From the human T2T-CHM13v2.0 reference genome, Homo sapiens, in NCBI RefSeq assembly GCF_009914755.1, contig NC_060945.1: a stretch of DNA of 64,000 bases; one strand, given 5' to 3'. This document shows, piece after piece, positions 44,651 through 60,600 of the stretch. The notes below the pieces were generated by a model. The model made no database searches. It worked only from the letters and a program-made list of their open reading frames with translations, and was not told the DNA's origin. Position numbers and translations under genes: made by a program. How positions within the stretch are numbered: the stretch's first letter is position 1; each line of letters begins with the position of its first letter.

Positions 44651-47600
44651 GGAATGGAATGGAATGGAATGGAATGGAATGGAGTGGAATGGAATGGAAT
44701 GGAATGGAATGGAATGGAATGGAATAAATCCGGTTGGAGTGGAATGGAATGTAATGGAGTGGAATGTAATGGAATTTTGTGGAATGGAATGGAATGGAAT
44801 GCAATGGAATGGAATGAAATGGATTGGATCGGAATGGAATCCATTGGAATCAACTGGAATGGAAAGGAATGGGAAGGAATGGAATGGAATGGAGTGGAAT
44901 GGAATGGAATGGAATGGAATGGAATGGAAAGGAATAAATCCGGGTGGAGTGGAATGGAATGAAATGGAGTGGAATGGAATGGAATTTAGTGGAATGGAAT
45001 GGAATGGAATGGAATGGAATCAACCCGAATGGAATGGAACGGAATGGAATGGAAAGGAATGGAATGGAATGAAATGGATTGGATCGGAATGGAATCCAAT
45101 GGAATCAACTGGAATGGAATGGAATGGAATGGAATGGAATGGAATGGAATGGAATAAATCCGGGTGGAGTGGAATGGAATGAAATGGAGTGGAATGGAAT
45201 GGAATTTATTGGAATGGAATGGAACGGACTGGAATGGAATGGAATGGAATCAAACCGAATACAATGGAATGGAATGGAATGGAATGGAAAGGAATGGAAT
45301 GGAATGGAATGGAATGGAATGGAATGGAATGGAATCAACCCGAATGGGATGGCATGGAAATGAATTGAATGGAATGGAATGGAAAGGTATGGAATGAAAC
45401 CTAATGGAAAGTAATGGATTGGAATGGAATGGAATGGAATCAACCCGAGCGGAACGGAATTGAATGGAATGGAGTGGAATGGAATATAATGGAATGGAAT
45501 GGAAAGGAATGGAATCAACACGAATGGAATGGAACGAAATGGAATGGGATGGGATGGAATGGAATGGAATGGAAGTTAATCAACACGAATGGAATGGAAC
45601 GGAATGGAATGGAATGGAATGGAATGGAATGGAATGGAATGAAATGGAAAGGAATGGAATGGAATCAACACGAGTGGAATGGAATGGAACGGAATGGAAT
45701 CAACCCGAGTGGAATGAAATGGAATGTAGTGCAATGGGATGGAGGGGAATCAACCCGAGTGGAATTGAATGGAATGGAATGGAATGGAATGGAATGAAAT
45801 GGAATGGATCGGAATGGAACCCAATGGAATCAACTGGAATGGAATGGAAGGGAATGGAATGGAATGGAATGGAATGGAAGGGAATGTAATGGAATGGAAT
45901 GGAATGGAATGGAATGGAATGAATCCGGGTGGAGTGGAATGGAATGGAATGGAGTGGAATATAATGGAATTTTGTGTAATGGAATGGAATGGAATGGAAT
46001 GGAATGGAACGGAATGGAATGGAATGAAATGGATTGGATCGGAATGGAATCTAATGGAATCAACTGGAATGGAATGGAATGGAATGGAACTCAATGGAAT
46101 GGAATGGAATAAATTCGGGTGGAGTGGAATAGAATGAAATGGAGTGGAATGCAATCGAATTTAGTGGAATGGAATGGGATGGAATGGAATGGAATTGAAT
46201 GGCATGGTATCAACCCGAATGGAATGGAACGGAATGGAATGGAAAGGAATGGAATGGAATGGAATGGAATGGAATGGAATGGAATGGAATGGAATCAACA
46301 CAAATGGGATGGCATGGAATTGAATGGAATGGAATGGAATGGAATGGAATGGAATCAACCCAAGTGCAATGGAATGGAATGGAATGCAATGGAATCCACC
46401 CGAGTGGAATGGAATGGAATGGAATGGCCTGGAATGGAATGGAATGGAATGGAATGGAATGGAGTGGAGTGGAATTGAACGAAATGGAGTGGAATGCAAT
46501 AAACACCAGGGGAATGAAATGCATTGGAATGAAATGGAATGGAATGGAATGGAATGGAATGAAATCAACCCGAGTGGAATGGAATGGAATGGAAAGGAAT
46601 GAATGGAATGGTATGGGGTGGAATCAACATGAGAGGAATGGAATGGAATGGAATGGAACGGAATGGAATGGAAAGGAATGGAATGGAATGAACCCGAATG
46701 GAATGGAATGGATTTGAATGGAATGGAATGGAATCAACCCGAGCGGAAAGGAATGGAATGGAATGGAGTGGAATGGAAAGTAATGGAATTGAATGGAATG
46801 GAATGGAATCAACACGAATGGATTGGAACGGAATGGAATGGGATGGGATGGAATGGAATGGAATGGAAGTTAATCAACACGAATGGAATGGAAAGGAATG
46901 GAATGGAATGGCATGGAATGCAATGGAATTGATTGGAATGGAATAGAATGAAATGGAAAGGAAAGGAATGGAATCAACACGAGTGGAATGGAATGGAACG
47001 GAATGGAATCAACCCGAGTGGAATGAAATGGAATGTAATGCAATGGGATGGAGTGGAATCAACCCGATTGGAATGGAATGGAATGGAATGCAATGGAATG
47101 GAATGAAATGGAATGGATCAGAATGGAATCCAATGGAATCAACTGGAATGGAATGGAATGGAATGGAATGGAATAAATCCGGGTGGAGTGGAATGGAATG
47201 GAATGGAGTGGAATGGAATGGAATGGAGTGGAATGGAATGGAATTTAGTGGAATGGAATGGAATGGAATGCAATGGAATGGAATGGAATGGAATGGAATG
47301 AAATGGATTGGATTGGAATGGAATACAAAGGAATCAACTGGAATGGAATGAAATGCAATGCAATGGAAGGGAATGGAATGGAATGGAATTAATCCGGTTG
47401 GAGTGGAATGCAATGTAATGGAGTAGAATGGAGTGGAATTTAGTGGAATGGAATGGAATGGAATGGAATGGAATGGAATGGACCCGAATGGAGTGGAATG
47501 GATTGGAATGGAATGGAATGTAATCAACCCGAGCGGAAAGGAATTAAATGGAATGGAGTGGAATGGAATATAATGGAATGGAATGGAAAGGAATGGAATC

Positions 47601-50600
47601 AACACGAATGGAATGCAACGGAATGGAATGAGATGGGATGGAATGGAATGGAATGGAAGTTAATCAACACGAATGGAATGCAACGGAATGGAATGGAATG
47701 GAATGGAATGAACCCGAATGGAATTGAATGGATTGGAATGCAATGGAATGGAATCAACCCGAGCGGAAAGGATTGGAATGGAATGGAGTGGAATGTAATG
47801 TAATGGAATGGAATGGAATGGAATGGAATCAACACGAATGGAATGGAACGGAATGGAATGGTATGGGATGGATTGGAATGGAATGGAAGTCAATCAACAC
47901 GAATGGAATGGAACGGAATGGAATGGAATGGAATGCAATGGAATGGAATGGAATGGAATGAAATGGAAAGGAAAGGAAAGGAATCAACACGAGTGGAATG
48001 GAATGGAACGGAATGGAATCAACCCGAGTGGAATGAAATGGAATGTAGTGCAATGGGATGGAGTGGAATCAACCCGAGTGGAATGGAATGGAATGGAATG
48101 GAATGGAATGGAATGGAATGGAAAGGAATGAAATGAAATGGATTGGATCGGAATGGAATCCAATCGAATTAACTGGAATGGAATGGAATGGAATGGAATG
48201 GAATGGAATGGAATAAATCCGGGTGGAGTGGAATGGAATGGAATGGAGTGGAATGGAATGGAATTTTGTGGGATGGAATGGAATGGAATGGAATGCAACG
48301 GAATGGAATCAACCGGAATGGGATGGCATGGAATGGAATTGAGTGGAATGGAATGGAATGGAATAGAATGGAATCAAATCAAGTGCAATGGAATGGAATG
48401 GAATGCAATGGAATCCACCGGAGTGGAATGGAATGGAATGGAATGGAATGGAATGGAATGGAGTGGAATGGAACGGAATGGAATGGAATGGAACGGAATG
48501 GAATGGAATGAACCCGAATGGAATGGAATGGAATTAACCCGAATGGAATGGAATGGATTGGAATGGAATGGAATGGAATCAACCTGAGCGGAAAGGAATG
48601 GAATGGAATGGAGTGGAATGTAATGTAATGGAATGGAATTTAATGGAATGGAATCAACACGAATGGAATGGAACGGAATGGAATGGGATGGGATGGAATG
48701 GAATGGAATGGAAGTTAATCAACACGAATGGAATGGAACGGAATGGAATGGAATGGAATGGAATGGAATGGAATGGAATGGAATGGAATGGAATGGAATG
48801 AAATGGAAAGGAACGGAATGGAATCAACACGAGTGGAATGGAATGGAACGGAATGGAATCAACCCGAGTGGAATTAAATGGAATGTAATGCAATGGAATG
48901 GAGGGGAATCAACCCGAGTGGAATGGAATGGAATGGAATGGAATGGAATGGAATGGAATGGAATGAAATGAAATGGAATGGATCAGAATGGAATCCAATG
49001 GAATCAACTGGAATGGAATGGAAAGGAATGGAATGGAATAAATCCGGTTGGAGTGGAATGGAATGTAATGGAGTGGAATGTAATGGAATTTTGTGGAATG
49101 GAATGGAATGGAATGCAATCGAATGGAATGAACTGGAATGGAATGGAATGGAAAGGAATGGAATGGAATGGAGTGGAATGGAATGGAATGGAATGGAATG
49201 GAATGGAATCAACCCGAATGGAATGGAACGGAATGGAATGGAAAGGAATGTTATGGAATGGAATGGAATCAACACGAATAGGATGGCATTGAATTGAATG
49301 GAAAGGAATGGAATGGAATGGAATGGAATGGAATGGAATGGAATGGAGTCAACCCAAGTGCAATGGAATGGAATGGAATGCAATGGAATCCACCCAAGTG
49401 GAATTGAATGGAATGGAATGGAATAGAATGGAATGGAGTGGAATCGAACGGAATGGAGTGGAATGCAATAAACACCAGGGGAATGAAATGGATTGGAATG
49501 AAATGGAATGGAATGGAATGGAATGGAATGGAATGGAATGGAGTGGAATGGAATTGAATGTAATGAAATCAACCCGAGTGGAATGGAACGGAATGGAATG
49601 GAATGGAAAGGAATGAATGGAATGGAATGGGGTGGAATCAACACGAGAGGAATGGAATGGAATGGAATGGAATGGAATGGAATGGAACGGAATGGAATGG
49701 AAAGGAATGGAATGGAATGAACCCGAATGGAATGGAATGGATTGGAATGGAATGGAATGGAATCAACCCTAGCGGAAAGGAATGCAATGGAATGGAGTGG
49801 AATAGAATGTAATGGAATGGAATGGAATGGAATGGAATCAACACGAATGGAATGGAACGGAATAGAATGGTATGGGTTGGAATGGAATGGAATGGAATTT
49901 AATCAACACGAATGGAATGGAAAGGAATGGAATGGAATGGCATGGAATGGAATGGAATGGAATGGAATGGAATAGAATGAAATAGAAAGGAATGGAATGG
50001 AAGCAACACGAGTGGAATGGAATTGAACAGAATGGAATCAACCCGAGTGGAATGAAATGGAATGTAATGCAATGGGATGGAGTGGAATCAACCCGAGTGG
50101 AATGGAATGGAATGGAATGGAATGGAATGAAATGGAATGGATCAGAATGGAATCCAACGGAATCAACTGGAAAGGAATGGAATGTAATGAAATGGAATGG
50201 AATAAATCCGGGTGGAGTGGAATGGAATGTAATGGAGTGGAATGGAATGGAATTTAGTGGAATGGAATGGAATGGAATCAACACGAATGGAATGGAACGG
50301 AATGGAATGAGATGGGATGGAATGGAATGGAATGGAAGTTAATCAACACGAATGGAATGGAATGGAATGGAATGGGATGGAATGGAATGGAATGAAATGG
50401 AAAGGAACGGAATGGAATCAACACGAGTGATATGGAATGGAACGGAATGGAATCAACGCGAGAAGAATGAAATGGAATGCAATGCAATGAGATGCAGTGG
50501 AATAAACCGGAGTGGAATGGAATGGAATGGAATGGAAAGGAATGGAATGAAATGGAATGGATCGGAATGGAATCCAATGGAATCAACTGGAGTGGAATGG

Positions 50601-52559
50601 AATGGAATGGAATGGAATAGAATGGAATGGAATGGAATGGAATAAATCAGGGTGGAGTGGAATGGAATGTAATGGAGTGGAATGTAATGGAATTTAGTGG
50701 AATGGAATGGAATGGAATGGAATGGAATGGAATGAAATGAAATGGATTGGATCCGAATGGAATCCAATGGAATCAACTGGAATGGAATGGAATGGAATGG
50801 AATAAATCCGGGTGGAGTGGAATGGAATGTAATGGAGTGTAATGGAATGGAATGGAATGGAATGGAATGAACCCGAATGGAATGGAATGGATTGCAATGG
50901 AATGGAATGGAATGGTATGGAATGGATCAGAATGGAATCCAATGGAATCAACTGGAATGGAATGAAAGGAATGGAATGGAATCTAATAAATCCGGGTGGA
51001 GTGGAATGGAATGTAATGGAGTGGAGTGGAATGGAATGTAATGGAGTGGAATGTAATGGAATTTAGTGGAATGGAATGGAACGGAATGGAATGGAATGGA
51101 ATGGAATCAACACGAATGGAATGGACCGGAATGGAATGGGATGGGATGGTATGGAAAGGAATGGAAGTTAATCAATACGAATGGAATGGAACGGAATGGA
51201 ATGGAATGGAATGGAATGGAATGGAATGGACTCGAATGGAATGGAATGGATTGGAATGGAATGGAATGGTATCAACATGAGCGGAAAGTAATGGAATGGA
51301 ATGGAGTGGAATGGAATGCAATGGAATGGAATGGAATGGAATGGAATCAACACTAATGGAATGGAATGGAATGGAATGGGATGGGATGGAATGGAATGGA
51401 ATGGAAGTTAATCAACACGAATGGAATGGAATGGAATGGAATCGAATGGAATGGAATGGAATGGAATGAACCCGAATGTAATGGAATGGATTGGAATGGA
51501 ATGGAATGGAATCAACCCGAGTAGAAGGGAATGGAATGGAATCGAGTGGAATGGAATGTAATTTAATGGAATGGAATGGAATGGAATGGAATCAACCTGA
51601 GCGGAAAGGATTGTAATGGAATGGAATGGAATGGAATTGAATGGAATGGAATGGAATCAACACGAATGGAATGGAACGGAATGGAATGGAATGGAATGGA
51701 ATGGAAAGGAATGGAATGGAATAAACACGAGTGGAATGGAATGGAACGGAATGGAATCAACCCGAGTGGAATGAAATGGAATGTAGTGCAATGGGTTGGA
51801 GGGGAATCAACCCGAGTGGAATTGAATGGAATTGAATGGAATGGAATGGAATGAAATGGAATGGATCGGAATGGAACCCAATGGAATCAACTGGAATGGA
51901 ATGGAATGGAATAGAATGGAATGGAATGGAATGGAATGGAATGGAATTGAATGGAATGGAATAAATCCGGGTGGAGTGGAATGGAATAGAATGGAGTGGA
52001 ATGTAATGGAATTTTGTGGAATGGAGTGGAATATAATGGAATTTTGTGGAATGGAATGGAATGGAATGGAATGGAATGGAATGGAATGAAATGGATTGGA
52101 TCGGAATGGAATCCAATGGAATCAACTGGAATGGAATGGAATGGAATGGAATTCAATGGAATGGAATGGAATAAATCCGGGTGGAGTGGAATGGAATGAA
52201 ATGGAGTGAAATGGAATGGAATTTATTGGAATGGAATGGAAAGGAATGGAATGGAATGGAATGGAATTGAATGGAATGGAATCAACCCGAATGGAATGGA
52301 ATGGAATGGAATGGAAAGGAATGGAATGGCATGGAATGGAATGGAATGGAATGGAATGGAATGGAATCAACACGAATGGGATGGCATGGAATTGAATTGA
52401 ATCGAATGGAATGGAATGGAATGGAATGGATTGGAATGGAATCAACCACAATTTAATGGAATGGAATGGAATGGAGTGGACTGGAATGGAATGTAACGGA
52501 ATGGTATGGAATGGAATCAACACGAATGGAATGGAAAGGAATGGAATGGGATGGGATGG

Positions 52560-55500
52560 ACTGGAATGGAATGGAAGTTAATCAACACGAATGGAATGGA
52601 ACGGAATGGAATCGAATGGAATGGAACGGAATGGAATGAAACCGAATGGAATGGAATGGATTGGAATGGAATGGAATGGAATCAATCTGAGCGGAAAGGA
52701 ATTGAATGGAACGGAGTGGAATGGAATATAATGGAATGGAATGGAAAGGAATGGAATCAACAAGAATGGAATGGAACGGAATGGAATGGGATGGGATGGA
52801 ATGGAATGGAATGGAAGTTAATCAACACGAATGGAATGGGACGGAATGGAATGGAATGGAATGGAATGGAATGAACCCGAATGGAATGGAATGGATTGGT
52901 ATGGAATGGAATGGAATCAACCCGAGCGGAAAAGATTGGAATGGAATGGAGTGGAATGGAATGTAATGGAATGGAATGGAATGGAATGGAATCAAAACGA
53001 ATGGAATGGAACTGAATGGAATGGTATGGGATGGAATGGAATGGAATGGAATGGAAGTTAATCAACACGAATAGAATGGAATGGAATGGAATGGAATGGA
53101 ATGAAATGGAAAGGAACGGAATGGAATCAACACGAGTGGAATGGAGTGGAATGGAATGGAATCAACCCGAGTGGAATGAAATGGAATGTAGTGCAATGGG
53201 ATGGAGAGGAATCAACCCGAGTGGAATGGAATGGAATGGAATGGAATAAATCCGGGTGGAGTGGAATGGAATGTAATGGAGTGGAATGTAATGGAATTTA
53301 GTGGAATGGAATGGAATGGAATGGAATGGAATGAAATGGATTAGATCGGAATGGAATCCAATGGAATCAACTGGAATGGAATGGAATGGAATGGAATGGA
53401 ATAAATCCGGGTGGAGTGGCATGGAATGTAATGGAGTGGAATGGAATGGAATTTAGTGGGATGGAATGGAATGGAATGGAATGGAATGGAATCAACCGGA
53501 ATGGGATGGCATGGAACGGAATTGAGTGGAATGGAATGGAATGGAGTGGAATGGAACGGAATGGAGTGGAATGGAATAAACACCAGGGGAATGAAACGGA
53601 TTGGAATGAAATGGAATGGAATGGAATGAAGTCAACACGAGTGGAATGGAAAGGAATGGAATGGAATGGAAAGGAATGAATGGAATGGAATGGTGTGGAA
53701 TCAACACGAGAGGAATGGAATGGAATGGAATGGAATCAACCCGAGCGGAAAGGAATGGAATGGAATGGAGTGGAATAGAATGGAATGAAATCAACCCGAC
53801 TGGAATGGAACGGAATGGAATGGAATGGAAAGGAATGAATGGAATGGAATGGGGTGGAATCAACACGAGAGGAATGGAATGGAATGGAATGGAACAGAAC
53901 GGAATGGAAAGGAATGGAATGGAATGAACCCGAATGGAATGGAATGGATTGGAATGGAATGGAATGGAATCAACCCTAGCGGAAAGGAATGGAATGGAAT
54001 GGAGTGGAATGGAATGGAATGGAATGGAATGGAATGGAATCAACACGAATGGAATGGAACGGAATGGAATGGGATGGGATGGAATGGAATGGAATGGAAG
54101 TTAATCAACACGAATGGAATGGAAAGGAGTGGCATGGAATGGCATGGAATGGAATGGAATGGAATGGAATAGAATGAAATGGAAAGGAAAGGAATGGAAT
54201 CAACACGAGTGGAATGGAATGGAACCGAATGGAATCAACAAGAGTGGAATGAAATGGAATGTAATGCAATGGGATGGAGTGGAATCAACCCGAGTGGAAT
54301 GGAATGGAATGGAATGGAATGGAAGTTAATCAACACGAATTGAATGGAATGGAATGGAATGGAATGGAATGGAATGGAATGAAATGGAAAGGAACGGAAT
54401 GGAATCAACACGAGTGATATGGAATGGAAAGGAATGGAATCAACGTGAGAGGAATGAAATGGAATGCAATGCAATGGGATGCAGTGGAATCAACCGGAGT
54501 GGAATGGAATGTAATGGAATGGAAAGGAATGGAATGAAATAGAATGGATCGGAATGGAATCCAATGGAATCAACTGGAATGGAATGGAATGGAATGGAAT
54601 GCAATGGAATGGAATAAATCCGGGTGGAGTGGAATGGAATGTAATGGAGTGGAATGTAATGGAATTTACTGGAACGGAATGGAATGGAATGGAAAGGAAT
54701 GAATGGAATGGAATGGTGTGGAATCAACACGAGAGGAATGGAAAGGAATGGAATGGAATGGAATGGAACGGAATGGAAAGGAATGGAATGGAATGAACCC
54801 GAATGTAATGGAATGGATTGGAATGGAATGGAATGGAATCAACCCGAGCGGAAAGGAATGGAATGGAATGGAGTGGAATGTAATGTAAAGTAATGGAATG
54901 GAATGGAATAAATCCGGGTGGAATGGAATGGAATGTAATGGAGTGGAATGGAATGGAATTTAGTGGAATGGAATGGATTGGATTCAACCTGAATGGAATG
55001 GAACGGAATGGAAAGGAAAGGAATGGAATGGAATGAAATGGAATGGAATGGATTGGAATGCAATGTAATGTAATGGGATGGAATGGAATGGAATAAACAC
55101 GAATGGAATGGAACGGAATGGAATGGGATGGGATGGAATGCAATGGAATGTAAGTTAATCAACACGAATGGAATGGAACGGAATGGAATGGAATGGAACG
55201 GAATGGAATGGAATGGAATGGAATGGAATGAACCCAAATGGAAAGGAATGGATTGGAACGGAATGGAATGGAATCAACCTGAGCGGAATGGAATGGAATG
55301 GAATGGAGTGGAATGGAATGTAATGGAATGGAATGGAATGGAATGGAGTGGAATGGAATGTAAGGGAATGGAATGGAATGGAATGGAATTAACACGAAAG
55401 GAATGGAAAGGAATAGAAAGGGATGGGATGGAATGGAATGGATTGGAAGTTAATCAACACGAATGGAATGGAACGGAATGGAAAGGAATGGAATGGAATG

Positions 55501-56850
55501 AAACCCAATGGAATGGAATGGATTGGAATGGAATGGAACGGAATCAACCCGAGCGGAAAGGAATGGAATGGAATGGAGTGGAATGGAATGTAATGTAACA
55601 GAATGGAATGGAATGGAATCAACACGAATGGAATGGAACGGAATGGAATGGGATGGGATGGAATGGAGTGGAATGGAAGTTAATCAACAAGAATGGAATG
55701 GAACGGAATGGAATGGAATGGAATGGAATGGAATGGAATGAACCCGAATGGAATAGAATGGATTGGAATGGAATGGAAAGGAATCAACCCGAGCGGAAAG
55801 GAATTGAATGGAATGGAGTGGAATGGAATATAATGGAATGGAATGGAAAGGAATGGAATCAAAAAGAATGGAATGGAACGGAATGGAATGGGATGGGATG
55901 GAATGGAATGGAATGGAAGTTAATCAACACGAATGGAATGGGACGGAATGGAATGGAATGGATTGGAATGGAAGGAACCCGAATGGAATGGAATGGATTG
56001 GTATGGAATGGAATGGAATCAACCCGAACGGAAAGGATTGGAATGGAATGGAGTGGAATGTAATGTAATGTAATGGAATGGAATGGAATCAAAACGAATG
56101 GAATGGAACGGAATGGATTGGTATGGGATGGAATGGAATGGAATGGAAGTTAATCAACACGAATGGAATGGAATGGAATGGAATGGAATGGAATGGAATG
56201 GAATGAAATGGAAAGGAACGGAATGGAATCAACACGAGTGGAATGGAGTGGAACGGAATGGAATCAACCCGAGTGGAATGAAATGGAATGTAGTGCAATG
56301 GGATGGAGTGGAATCAACCCGAGTGGAATGGAATGGAATGGAATGGAATGGAATAAATCCGGGTGGAGTGGAATGGAATGTAATGGAGTGGAATGAAATG
56401 GAATTTAGTTGAATGGAATGGAATGGAATGGAATGGAATGGAATGGAATGGAATGGAATGAAAAGGATTGGATCGGAATGGAATCCAATGGAATCAACTA
56501 GAATGGAATGGAATGGAATAAATCCGGGTGGAGTGGCATGGAATGTAATGGAGTGGAATGGAATGGAATTTAGTGGGATGGAATGGAATGGAATGGAATG
56601 GAATGCAATGGAATGGAATGGAATCAACCGGAATGGGATGGCATGGAAAGGAATTGAGTGGAATGGAATGGAATGGAATGGAGTGGAATGGAACGGAATG
56701 GAGTGGAATGGAATAAACACCAGGGGAATGAAATGGATTGGAATGAAATTGAATGGAATGGAATTGAATGGAATGAAGTCAACACGAGTGGAATGGAAAG
56801 GAATGGAATGGAATGGAATGGAAAGGAATGAATGGAATGGAATGGTGTGA
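52560..56850 (+). repeat. Older ~3.1-kb-period partial duplication within HSat3 (~52560-53700 vs ~55680-56850)
   Basis: GGATTGGTATGG at ~52893/55995, GAGTGGCATGG at ~53414/56531, GAAGTCAACACGAGT at ~53628/56775. ORF offset is 3102. Confidence 0.75.
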
Positions 56851-57669
56851 AATCAACACGAGAGGAATGGAATGGAATGGAATGGAACGGAACGGAATGG
56901 AAAGGAATGGAATGGAATGAACCCGAATGGAATGGAATGGATTGGAATGGAATGGAATGGAATCAACCCGAGCGGAAAGGAATGGAATGGAATAGAGTGG
57001 AATGGAATGTAATGGAATGGAATGGAAATGAATGGAATCAACACTAATGGAATGGTACGGAATGGAATGGGTTGGGATGGAATGGAATGGAATGGAAGTT
57101 ACACAACACGAATGGAATGGAACAGAATGGAATGGAATGGAATGGAATGGAATGAACCCGAATGGATTGCAGTGGATTGGAATGGAATGGAACGGAATCA
57201 TCACGAGCAGAAAGGAATGGAATGGAATGGAGTGGAATGGAATGTAATGGAATGGAATGGAATGGAATGGAGTGGAATGGAATGTAATGGAATGGAATGG
57301 AATGGAATGGAATCAACACGAATGGAATGGAAATGAATGGAATGGGATGGGATGGAATGGAATGGAATGGAAGTTAATCAGCACGAATGGAATGGAACGG
57401 AATGGAATGGAATGGAATGGAATGGAATGGAATGGAATGGAATAGAATGAAATGGAAAGGAACGGAATGGAGTCAACACGAGTGGAATGGAATGGAACGG
57501 AATGGAATCAACCCGAGTGGAATGAAAAGGAATGTAATGCAATGGGATGGAGGGGAATCAACCCGAGTGGAGTGGAATGGAATGGAATGAAATGGAATTT
57601 AATGCAATGTGATGGAGGGGAATCAACCCGAGTGGAATGGAATGGAATGGAATGGAATGGAATGGAATG

Positions 57670-60600
57670 GAATGGAATCAACCCGAATGGGATGGCATGG
57701 AATGGAATTGAATAGAATGGAATGGAATGTAATGGAATGGAATGGAATGGAATGGAATCAACTCAAGTGCAATGGAATGGACTGGAATGCAATGCAATCC
57801 ACCCGAGTGGAATGGAATTGAGTGGAATGCAATGGAATAGATTGGAATGGAATGGAGTGGAATGGAACGGAATGGAGTGGAATGGAATAAATACCGGGGG
57901 AATGAAATGGATTGGAATGAAATGGAATGGAATGGAATGGAATGGAATGGAATGGAATGGAATGAAATCAACCCGAGTGGAATGGAACGGAATGCAATGG
58001 AATGGAAAGGAATGAATGGAATGGAATGGTGTGGAATCAACACGAGAGGAATGGAATGGAATGGAATGGAACGGAACGGAATGGAAAGGAATGGAATGGA
58101 ATGAACCGGAATGGAATGGAATGGATTGGAATGGAATGGAATGGAATCAACCTGAGCGGAAAGGAATAGAATGGATTGGAGTGGAATGGAATGGAATGGA
58201 ATGGAATGGAATGGAATGGAATGGAATGGAATGGAATCAACACAAACGGAATGGAATGGAATGGAATGGGATGGGATGGGATGGAATGGAATGGAATGGA
58301 ATGGAAGTTAATCAACACGAATGGAATGTATCTGAATGGAATGGAATGGAATGAACACGAATGGAATGGAATGAATCCGAATGGAATGGAATGGATTGGA
58401 ATGGAATGGAATGGAATCAACCCAAGCGGAAAGGAATGAAATGGAATGCAGTGGAATGGAATGTAATATAATGGAATGGAATGGAATCAACAGGAATGCA
58501 ATGGAACGGAATGGAATGGGATGGGACAGAATGGAGTGGAATGGAAGTTAATCAACACGAATGGAATGGAACGGAATGGAATGGAATGGAATGGAATGGA
58601 ATGAACCCGAATGGAATGGAATGGATTGGAATGGAATGGAATGGAATCAAACCGAGTGGAAAGGAATAGAATGGATTGGAGTGGAATGGAATGGAATGGA
58701 ATGGAATGGAATGGAATGGAATGGAATGGAATCAACACAAACGGAATGGAATGGGATGGGATGGAATGGAATGGAATGGAATGGAAGTTAATCAACACGA
58801 ATGGAATGTATCTGAATGGAATGGAATGGAATGAACACGAATGGAATGGAATGAATCCGAATGGAATGGAATGCATTGGAATGGAATGGAATGGAATCAA
58901 CCCGAGCGGAAAGGAATGAAATGGAATGCAGTGGAATGGAATGTAATATAATGGAATGGAATGGAATCAACAGGAATGGAATGGAACGGAATGGAATGGG
59001 ATGGGATGGAATGGAGTGGAATGGAAGTTAATCAACACGAATGGAATGGAACGGAATGGAATGGAATGGAATGGAATGGAATGAACTCGAATGGAATGGA
59101 ATGGATTGGAATGGAATGGAATGGAGTCAACCCGAGCGGAAAGGAATGGAATGGAGTGGAATGGAAAGTAATGGAATGGAATGGAATCAAAACGAATGGA
59201 ATGGAATGGAATGGAATGAAATGGAATGGGATGGGATGGAATGGAATGGAATGGAAGTTAATCAACACGAATGGAATGGAACGGAATAGAACGGAATGGA
59301 ATGGAATGGAATGAAATGGAAAGGAACGGAATGGAATCAACACGAGTGGAATGGAATGGAACATAATGGAATCAACCCGAGTGGAATGAAGTGGAATGTA
59401 ATGCAATGGGATGGAGTGGAATCAACCCGAGTGTAATGGAATGGAATGGAATAGAATGAAATGGAATTGATGTGAATGGAATCCAATGGAATCAACTGGA
59501 ATGGAATGGAATGGAATGGAATGGAATGGAATAAATCCGGGTGGAGTGCAATGGAATGTAATGGAGTGGAATGCAATGGAATTTAGTGGAATGGAATGGA
59601 ATGGAATGGAATGGAATGGAATGAAATGGATTGGATCGGAATGGAATCCAATGGAATCAACTGGAATGGAATGTAATGGAATGGAATGGAATGGAATAAA
59701 TCCGGGTGGAGTGGAATAGAATGAAATGAAGTGGAATGGAATGGAATTAATGGAATGGAATGGAATCAACCCGAATGGAATGGAACGGAATGGAATGGAA
59801 TGGAATGGAATGGAATCAACCCGAATGGGATGGCATGGAATGGAATTGAATACAATGGAATGGAATGTAATGGAATGGAATGGAATGGAATCAACTCAAG
59901 TGCAATGGAATGGACTGGAATGCAATGCAATCCACCCGAGTGGAATGGAATTGAGTGGAATGAAATGGAATAGATTGGAATGGAATGGAGTGGAATGGAA
60001 CGGAATGGAGTGGAATGGAATAAACACCGGGGGAATGAAATGGATTGGAATGAAATGGAATGGAATGGAATGGAATGTAATGGAATGGAATGGAATGAAA
60101 TCAACCCGAGTGGAATGGAACGGAATGCAATGGAATGGAAAGGAATGAATGGAATGGAATGGTGTGGAATCAACACGAGAGGAATGGAATGGAATGGAAT
60201 GGAACGGAACGGAATGGAAAGGAATGGAATGGAATGAACCGGAATGGAATGGAATGGATTGGAATGGAATGGAATGGAATCAACCCGAGCGGAAAGGAAT
60301 AGAATGGATTGGAGTGGAATGGAATGGAATGGAATGGAATGGAATGGAATGGAATGGAATGGAATGGAATGGAATCAACACAAACGGAATGGAATGGAAT
60401 GGAATGGGATGGGATGGAATGGAATGGAATGGAATGGAAGTTAATCAACACGAATGGAATGTATCTGAATGGAATGGAATGGAATGAACACGAATGGAAT
60501 GGAATGAATCCGAATGGAATGGAATGGATTGGAATGGAATGGAATGGAATCAACCCGAGCGGAAAGGAATGAAATGGAATGCAGTGGAATGGAATGTAAT

